Below are positions 63,796 through 64,000 of a stretch of DNA of 64,000 nucleotides, piece after piece. Within the stretch, counting starts at the first letter, position 1. Every line of letters starts with the position of its first letter. The notes beneath the pieces are model-generated. The model ran no database searches, was not told the origin of the DNA, and was given only the letters and a program-made list of their open reading frames with translations. The stretch is taken from the NCBI GenBank assembly GCA_013239625.1, contig MU054001.1:6125078-6189077 (forward strand). The letters are read 5' to 3'. The stretch is from Lama guanicoe. Its lineage: Eukaryota. A program made the position numbers and the translations under genes.

Positions 63796-64000
63796 AGCCC
63801 CTATTTTCTGCATGGTTTTGGCATTACGTTGTGTCCAGGCAGATTGTCATAGCTGGCGTTTCAAGTCAACCCATGTTGAGACAGCAGTGCCGGGAACATG
63901 TATAGATGAAGTCGGTGGATTTAAGGGGTAGGCAGGCCACAGACCCCAAAATAGTTCTTCCCCTGGCTTGACAAGGCATACAAGGTGGTGATTATTTCAG

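Overview
This is mammalian (eutherian) non-coding DNA, not prokaryotic. I found no credible protein-coding exon, RNA gene, CRISPR array or novel enzymatic system. Roughly half the window is recognisable interspersed repeat: ancient MIR, L2 and L3; old L1M; MaLR/ERVL solo LTRs; and hAT-Charlie/Tigger fossils. Several younger 5'-truncated L1 3' ends carry visible target-site duplications (TSDs). Their 3' UTRs look cetartiodactyl, most likely camelid; this is inference, supported by seeing no Alu, Bov-A/tA, PRE-1 or CanSINE. The only ORFs with recognisable homology are decayed L1 ORF1/ORF2 and L2 RT pieces. There is a 283-nt N gap at 42497-42779. Between repeats lie repeat-free, homeodomain-motif-rich blocks that resemble conserved enhancers of a gene desert or large intron, but conservation cannot be shown from one sequence. 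The best observations are mutational footprints: a perfect 46-bp templated copy inside a MIR, a probable L1 3' transduction whose TSD was re-used by a later L1, twin-primed L1 inversions, and an inverted pair of LTR 3' ends nested in L2. Repeat family names come from remembered consensus sequences and need Dfam/RepeatMasker confirmation. Boundaries of old repeats are approximate.
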